A stretch of 44,819 bases of DNA from Octopus sinensis (taxonomy: Eukaryota), in assembly GCF_006345805.1 (NCBI RefSeq), contig NW_021835177.1:1-44819 (forward strand), read 5' to 3'. Both the position numbers and the translations under genes were made by a program. This document shows, piece after piece, positions 37,396 through 44,819 of the stretch; position 1 is the stretch's first letter, and every line of letters starts with the position of its first letter. The notes under the pieces were generated by a model that was given only the letters and a program-made list of their open reading frames with translations, was not told where the DNA came from and did not search any database.

Positions 37396-38552
37396 TCACG
37401 GTGAACACGGAGATATATATATGTATCATACGCACACAACACACACACATACACACGTACATACACACACACCAGCACAGATGCCCTCATCTACCCCCAA
37501 CAAACAATACTCATACTGATACGCACGCACTAATACACAAATGGGCACAGACAAACACGCACATACACACACTTAAGCGCACACACGCACACAAGCACAC
37601 GCACGCACACGCACGCACAAATTCACATATACGCGCCGATACTTATACATACACACAATATATGCCTACACGCATACACACACATACACATACGTATATA
37701 CATACAGATACACACACACACGCACGCAAAAAGATGCGCACACATACGCACGCACACACGCAATTAATTCACATACCCAAACCTCACAACCCCACGGATA
37801 CACGTACACACCCATATACACTATACGCTTACACACACACATACAAACGCACATGTACATGCACATCAGAAACACGCACATACATACACACACACACACA
37901 CACACAAATGAACACACATATACATCCCATACACTCGGCACACAATTATACATACACGCACACAATTATACATCATGTATACACATATACGCACGTACAA
38001 GCACACACTCACACATACTCTAATTAAAGCACAGTTATTCCCACACACACCCCAAACTCTACGCATACACACACTGACACACACACATACGTACACACAC
38101 ACACAATACAAACAAAACACACCACGATACATTACATACACGCACACACGCACATACTTCAAACTAGCATTACCTACTACTTGACTGGGGTAGAGACAAA
38201 AGGAGCCACGCCCATTCCTTCTTCCTTGACCTTAAACTACTAGCCCTACACCATGCAAAGATTAACAGCCCAAACCACACACACATACACACACACACGC
38301 ACACACACGCACACACACACACACGTGTCAACTTTGCACGCATACACACATACACACACACGCACACGCAGACCTCCGCGTCCGCACATAACCACACTTA
38401 CACACACATTCTTCCTCCTCTACCACTCTCCTGTCTTTGAAAGAACTTTTCTTCACCCATTTCCTTACGGTCATTCAAAATGTGTGCGCGTGTGTACCGT
38501 TGGCGATCTTTTTTCCTCTGTCTTCCCTTCTCAGGATCTTTCCTTCTCGTAT

Positions 38553-38587
38553 GTTTCCGACGAAGAGCTCCGCTCGAAACGTTAAAC
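38553..38587 (+). ncRNA. Minimal Penelope-type hammerhead-like motif (U4C)
   Basis: GTTT CCGACGA A GAG-ctccg-CTC GAAAC GTT AAAC; stem III needs dimerisation via AACGTT. Confidence 0.5.
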
Positions 38588-38749
38588 CCTCCTTCTTTCC
38601 TTCTTTCCTGAACGTCCAATAATACTATCTTTGTTCCACGTCCGTGCGTTGTTGTGTTTCTTTGTGCTTTCTTATTTGGATTAAATTTAACTATATATAT
38701 ACATGTGTGTGTCTCTATATAAATATTAATATATATATATATATATATA

Positions 38750-41700
38750 ATTTTAATCCAAAAGGGAAACAAAAAAAAACAACAACAGGAACAATTACAG
38801 TATTATTATTAATAATAGGCGCTCAGGAGATGGAAGCAGGGAGGTATGACGTTTCGAGCGGAGCTCTTCGTCGGAAACATAAAGAAGGAAGAGAGAGGAA
38901 GAAAGATCCCAGAGCGGGCAACAGGGAAAGAGAAAGACGACTGGTGTTTACGAGTTGCACATGGTGAAAGGCGGATGTTGACGAAACAAGAGCAAGTGGG
39001 TTTTTAAAGGCAAAAGAGTGGAGACAAGGTTGGTAACCCAACAGATGTGTGTGTATGTGTGAGTGTGTGCGTGTGTGTATGTGTGTGTGTGTGAGGCGAG
39101 ATGAAAAAAAAAAAAAAAAAAAAAAAAATATATAGTGTGTGTTAGTGTGTGCGTCTGTGTGTAGGCGTGTGGGGTAGGCGAGACTAGTGGTCAGCTAGCA
39201 GACGAGGTCAGTAGTGAGAAAAAGAAGGAAGGAGGAAGGGAGGTCAGTAGTAAGAAAAAGAAGGAAGGAGGAAGGGAGGGAGGGGAAGGGGTGGGGGCGT
39301 ATGTAGCGTGCCAGCGTGTGTTGAGTAGTAGTGTGTGTGTGTGTGCAGTGTCGTGGTGGTATTAATGGCGAGTAGATTGAATGTGTGTGAGAGTGATGTA
39401 TATATATAGGCAAGGTGTGTATATGTGTGCGCGTGTGTGTAACGAAAAAAGGGGGGGTTTAAGGAAAAAGGACTCCAGCTGAGGGGAAGATGGAAGAGTG
39501 GTACCGCGGAGACAGGCGTGGGAAAACCCAACGACACGCGACGGTCCCAGGAACGGGCGGGAGGTCTCGTCAGGTCCAAGGGCGAGGTGTATGCAGCGCG
39601 TATGCAGCGCGAGCCGGCGCAAGTGCGTGTGTGGGCGTGCCTGCGAGTATGCGCGTAAGTATGTATGTGTGTGGATGTGTGAGTGTGTCTGTGTGTATGT
39701 CTGGGTGGCAGTGTGTCCGATGAATGTATGTGAGTATGTGTGTATGTATGTGTGTGCATAGATGTATGTCCGTGTGTGTGTGTGTGTGTGTGTATGTGTG
39801 TGAGTGTGTATGTATGTACGTGTGGGTGTGGGGAAGTGTGTGTATGTGCATGTGTGTGCGCGTACATACAGGTGTGTGAGTGAGTGTGTGTGTGTGTATG
39901 TATGTGTGAGTGTGTATGTATGTGTGTGTCGGATGCATGTATGTGTATGGGTGTATGCATGCGTGTGTGTATGTATGTATGTGTACGTGCGTGTGTGTGT
40001 GTGTATGCATGTAGGTGTGCGCGTGTGCATGCATGCATGCATGTGCGTGTGTGTGTGTGTGTGTGCATGTGTGTGGGTATATATGTATGTGCGTATATGT
40101 GTGTGTGTATGTGCGTACATGTGTGTGTGTGTGTATGCATGTGTGTGTATGTAGGTGTGTAGGCGTGTGTGTATAGGTGTATGTATGTAAGTATGTGTGG
40201 GTGTGTCCGTGTATGTGTGTGTATGTATGTGTGTGTATGTAGGTGTGTGGGCGTGTGTATATGTGTGTGTATGTAGGTGTGTGGGCGTGTGTGTATAGGT
40301 GTATGTGTGTATGTCTGGGTGTGTCCTGCATGTTTGTGTGTGTGTGTGTATGCATGTGTATGTGGGTGTGTGTGTACGTGTGTATGTATGTGTGTATGCG
40401 TGTGTATGCGTGCGTGTGTGTATGTAGGTGCGTGTGTATGTGTGTGGGAGTGTAGGTGTGTGTTGCGTGTGCGTGTTTATGTTGGTGTGTGCGTATGTGA
40501 GTGTGAGTGTATGGGTGTTTGTCATGCTGTGTGTGCGCGTGCAGGTGAGTGTGTGTGTAAGTATGTGTGTGTGTATGTTTGTGTGAGTGTGTAAGTGTGT
40601 ATGTCTTTGTGTGTGTATGTGCGTATAGGAGTATGTGGGTATGTGTGTATGTATGTATATGGGTGTATGTATGTATGTATGTGTGTGTGCATGTGTATGA
40701 GTATATGTGTGTGTGCGTATGTGTGTACATGTGTATGTTTGTGTGTGTTATGTATGTGTGTATGTATGTGTGTAGGCGTGTGTGTGTAATGTATGTATGT
40801 CTGGGTGTGTGTCCGTGTGTGTTAGTGTGTGTGTGTGTAGGTAGATGTGTGTGTCTGAGTGAGGGTATGGCTGTGTAGGTTGGTGTGTGTATGAATGTAA
40901 GTGTGTGTGTATACAAGTGTAATGTATGTATGTAGGTGTGTGTGTGTGTGTGTATGTGTACGTGTGCGTGTGTATGTGTGTGTGTGTATGCGTGTGAGTG
41001 TGAGTGTATGGGTGTATGTCTGTGTGTGTGTATGTCTGAAGTAGGTATGTATGTGTATGTATGTATGTGTGTGTGTGTGCAGTATGTGTGTGTATGTGTG
41101 TGTGTGAGTAGGTGTGCGTGTATGTATGTGGGTAGGGATGCATGCGAGTGTGTGGGTATGTATGCATACATTCGTACGCGCACATCCGAAGCACGCCCAC
41201 ACGCACAAAGCGCGCTCACGCACACAATGCACAAGCAGTACAACGCAAGCCCAAGGGGCCGACCAAGCCCCCCAGCGCGCGCCAAGGCGCGCGAGCGCAA
41301 AGGCCCTCGCACCCCGCTACGCGGAACCGAGGATCCATCAGCCAAAACCGGAAGCAGAAAAGAGGGGGGGCTGCCTGGATGCAAAAAGGTGTATGTGTGG
41401 TGCATTCAGTGTAAGGGTGTGCATGTGTGGGCAAGTATGTATGTATGTGCCTAGATGTATGTTTGCATGTGTTGTGGTGAAGTATGTACGTGCGGTGTGT
41501 GTGTGTGAGTGTGTGTGTATGTATGTGTGCGTATGTATGTGTTGTGTATGTGTGTATGTATGTCTGTGTGTGTGTGTGTGTGTAAGTATGTATGTGTGTG
41601 CGTATGTATGTATGTGTGTGTGTATGTGCATGTTGGTTTGTATGTTAGTGTGTGCTAGTATGTCTGTAAGTTGTGTGATTAAATGTGTGAAGGTATGTAC

Positions 41701-41825
41701 GTAGATGGGTTACGTATGTGTGTGTGTGAACAGGCGTGTGGGAGGTAGGTGGTTGGTGTGTGTGGGAGGTAGGTGGGTGGGTGTGTGCGTGTGGAGGCAG
41801 GTGGGTGGGTGTGTGTGGGTGGTGT

Positions 41826-41858
<33 letters not shown>

Positions 41859-43785
41859 TCTCAAGAGGAGGGAGCTGTGTTAAGTCCGTGTGGGGTGGTA
41901 GTTTGTAGGGTGAAGATGTAGCGTTGCTCCAAGTGGAGCCTGGAAGTGGGCGACCTTGGTGGGGGCGAGACCAAACACTGAGATGTCATCTAGGAATGGC
42001 CGCCGAGCGGAAGTGGCGTGCGACGGGAGAAAGAGAGTGTAGGCGAACGTCCCTTAAGTGCTCAGTGAAACGGTCGGACAACCGGCGTCCCGTCTGTCCT
42101 ACATACAGCATCCCGCATAGGTTGCATTTAATGCAGTAAATAAGGCCAGACGAGGGCACGTAAAAGAGTGCCTAATGCGTACAGTGTGCAGGTTGGAGCC
42201 GGTGACAGCGGTGGTGTTGGTGATGAAGGGGCAAGTGTTGCAGCGGGATCTAGAGCAGGGAATGATCCGTGTGGGGCTGAGGGGGAAGGAGAAGGGTGCT
42301 GTGGACCAGGAGGTCACGCAGATTGCGGGCTCGTTTGAAAGAGGACAGGGGTGGTTAGGGAAAATGGGCGGTGGGTGGATCAAGAAAGCGAAGCTGGAGG
42401 CGACGGAAGCACGTAGTATCTTTGCGACGAAGGGGTAGGGTAGAGGGGTGGAAAAGGAGGGGGAAGGGGGTGCGATTGGGGGTGGGCGGGGGGAAGGAGA
42501 CAGGGCGGTAGTGCGGTCGATGCGACGGGCGCGGGTGAGGGCATCAGAGAGGAGTATGGTGGGTAACCTCGGAGTCTGAACATGCGGGCCAGGTATTGAG
42601 ATTGGGTCTCGAAATCCTGGTCGCGGCTGCACAAACGTCGGAGGCGGAGGAACTGGGAGTAGGGGATGGCTCGTTTGGTGTGGAAGGGTTGGAGGAAGAG
42701 AAGTTGAGATAGAGGTGGGGAATCCGTAGGTTTTAAAAAAGGCGGTGGTGGTGAGAGATCTGGAGGGGTGATCGATGCGGAGAGAGATGTCAAGAAGTTG
42801 ACAGAGGTGTTGGAGATGGTGGAGGTGAATTGAAGGGAGGGGTGAAAGTTGGAAAGGAAAGAGATGAATTGGCAGAGAAGTTCACGGGAAAGGGAGGTGG
42901 CACCTACGCAGTCGTCGATATAGCGACCGTATAGTTCGGGGTCGGCCCAGAGAACTGGGAGAACACTTGGGCCTCAATGTAGCCAAGAAAGAGATTGGCG
43001 AAATTGGGGCCCATCCTAGTTCCCATCGCGACCCCGGACACCTGTTGGTACGTTTCCCCGGCGAACGTGAAGCAATTGAGGGTGAGGACGAGCTCGGCCA
43101 AACGAGAAGGGTGGGGTTGCTGGGGGTGGGTCCGGACGACGTCGAGGAAGTGTTGGAGGGCTAGGAGACCGTCATTGTGGGGAATCACTGTGTACAGGAT
43201 TTTACATCTAAAGTGAAGAGGAGGTGTGAGGGGCTGGAAGGGAAGGAAAAGGAATTGAAGAGACGGAGGGCGTGGTTGGTGTCGTGTATGTGGGATGGGA
43301 GGGCTGCGACTAAGGGGACAGGATGCGGTCGAGGTATAGGGAGATGATTCAGTGGGGCAATTACAGGCAGAGACTATGGACGGCCAGGATTAGAGGGTTT
43401 ATGGATCTTGGAAGGAAGTAGATGGTGGAGGTGCGGGGTGTGCGGACGATGAGGTTGGTGGGGCGTGAGGGGGGAAGCGGAGGAGGAGATGAGGTCGTGG
43501 ATGGTGGAGGACACTCGTTGTTGGTAGGAGGAGGTGGGATCGGAGGGGAGGGGCGATAGAGAGTGGATTTTGAAGCTGGTTGAGCGCTTCCTCCCTGTAT
43601 AGGTCCGCGCGCCACACTACCACTGCCCGGCCTTTGTCCGCCGGTTTGATGACAATGTCATCACGACTACGGCGGAGGTGGCGAAGGGCAATGGATTCGC
43701 CCGAGTGAGGTTGGCTCGGCGGGTCTTGGTTCAAAGTTGAAACGGTGGACCAAAGCGTTGCAGTCATGTACAAACGAATCTAGGC

Positions 43786-43788
<3 letters not shown>
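38750..43788 (-). mobile_element. Penelope-like element (RT + GIY-YIG, 41861-43788) with long (CA)n-rich 3' region, inserted in (TA)n
   Basis: Frames give DIVIKPADKG, YQQVSGVAMGTRMGPNFANLF, AIPYSQFLRLRRLCS, LIYCIKCNLCGMLYVGQTGRRL and EQRYIFTLQTTTPHGLN, stop at 41861-41863. Many frameshifts. Missing at the matching site in B (~24295). The left boundary is inferred from that comparison. Confidence 0.85.
38843..38880 (-). ncRNA. Minimal hammerhead-like motif with GUC site near the 3' end of the 5-kb Penelope-like insertion
   Basis: Reverse complement ATGTTT CCGACGA A GAG ctccg CTC GAAAC GTC ATACC; stem I is weak. Confidence 0.45.
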
Positions 43789-43822
<34 letters not shown>

Positions 43823-43828
43823 GAAATA

Positions 43829-43884
<56 letters not shown>

Positions 43885-43901
43885 GTGTGTGTGTGTGTGT
43901 A

Positions 43902-44561
43902 CTTGCAGACATACCGGCATTGCTGGGGAAAAAACGGGAAAGTTGGTATATAATAATTCGAGTCATTTTTGAAACAGTGATATGGGAAAGTGCAACATTG
44001 ACAACAAAACATTTGTGAGTAAATGCTGGGCTAATTCGACTAAGCAACATGCTATGTGTCCGTTTGGAGTGTTTCGGCCTAACCTGTCATGCAAATTGGA
44101 GGTGTGGTTTTGTGTGATTTGAACGTACCGAAAAGCTGTCAGTGGATATACTCTCATTTGCAGCAGTGTGCGCTGTGTCTAACACGACCACTCATCGGAA
44201 ATTTGACACCACACGTCGGGTTTCTTGTCCTACATCACTATATAGTATTTTAGACGAACTGTGGTTGTTCATTCGCGGGTACCAGGGAACCATTGAGGGG
44301 TAGAGTTTCCATTGAACTTGACGATCGGCGTAAATTCATGTTTATCTATCTTCTTAGATTCACCAAAAGATGTCAATTGAAATGCAAAGTTGTATTGTCT
44401 GATATTGTTCAAAAATCCTTTGACTGGATTGAAGCGCCTTCTAGAAGATTCCTAAGGGGTGAGATGGTATGTTGGCAATGATACCTGTCCGAATATGTTG
44501 TCATCTATTGCATTGTTTTAAGTTCTAATCGATTATAAACCCTGAAGTTCTATTTATATGA
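43902..44561 (-). mobile_element. Helitron remnant (copy C)
   Basis: Collinear with 849-1525. Confidence 0.72.
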
Positions 44562-44583
44562 TGCTATTTCTATTTTTTCACAG

Positions 44584-44637
44584 AACCGTTTCATCTCCAG
44601 AAATCTCTCGACGATAAAAAACCTGATGATACACCAA
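44584..44637 (+). CDS. Exon 2 of gene C (homopolymer indels as read)
   Basis: tttttcacag / gtaaga; homologous to 1546-1597. Confidence 0.65.
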
Positions 44638-44819
44638 GTAAGAACTAATTTTATAGCTAAAGTCTTTTACCCGTGTCTCCTTAACTAATGATTTATATTT
44701 TAGCAACTTTGAATTAGTTCCACATTACTATCCATCCTGTCCACAATAATATATACTAAGACACTTGCCTGAAATAATTTCAAAATATATTCTACTTACA
44801 AGAATTTCCTAAATAAAAT

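Noticed and set aside
39244-41704. 611-, 387- and 298-aa HT-rich ORFs
   Set aside because: (CA)n/(TG)n artefacts inside the Penelope 3' region.

Overview
Eukaryotic, AT-rich, microsatellite-dense DNA. It is most likely cephalopod (Octopus-like), inferred from the SINE families and composition. The backbone is a + strand tandem array of one 4-exon gene: exon 1 MDFAQ...KT with a hydrophobic signal anchor, a short stalk exon 2, exon 3 xLYTRWGRTTCP, and a long Cys-rich exon 4. It encodes a ~256-aa protein with a 'short-chain collagen C4-like' (spongin short-chain collagen / NC1-related) domain but no Gly-X-Y. Four partial or complete copies are visible: X (exon 2 only, cut at ~3791), A (exon-1 remnant plus exons 2-4), B (all four exons) and C (exons 1-2, running off the end). 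Intron 1 is a sink for mobile DNA: two Tx1/L1-clade LINEs inside one (GATA)n array, a mariner derivative, a Helitron remnant, SINEs, a ~5-kb Penelope-like element and several (TA)n-embedded foldback or mini elements. The best hidden signal is a set of hammerhead ribozymes. Two are well-formed type I motifs (483-545, 22511-22567) and several are minimal or decayed, mostly in the sense orientation of the host intron. Paralog exon 4 shows clustered in-frame hypervariable patches. Many frameshifts are single-base homopolymer indels, so the sequence probably contains long-read errors and pseudogene calls are uncertain. Identity statements are by-eye estimates, not computed.
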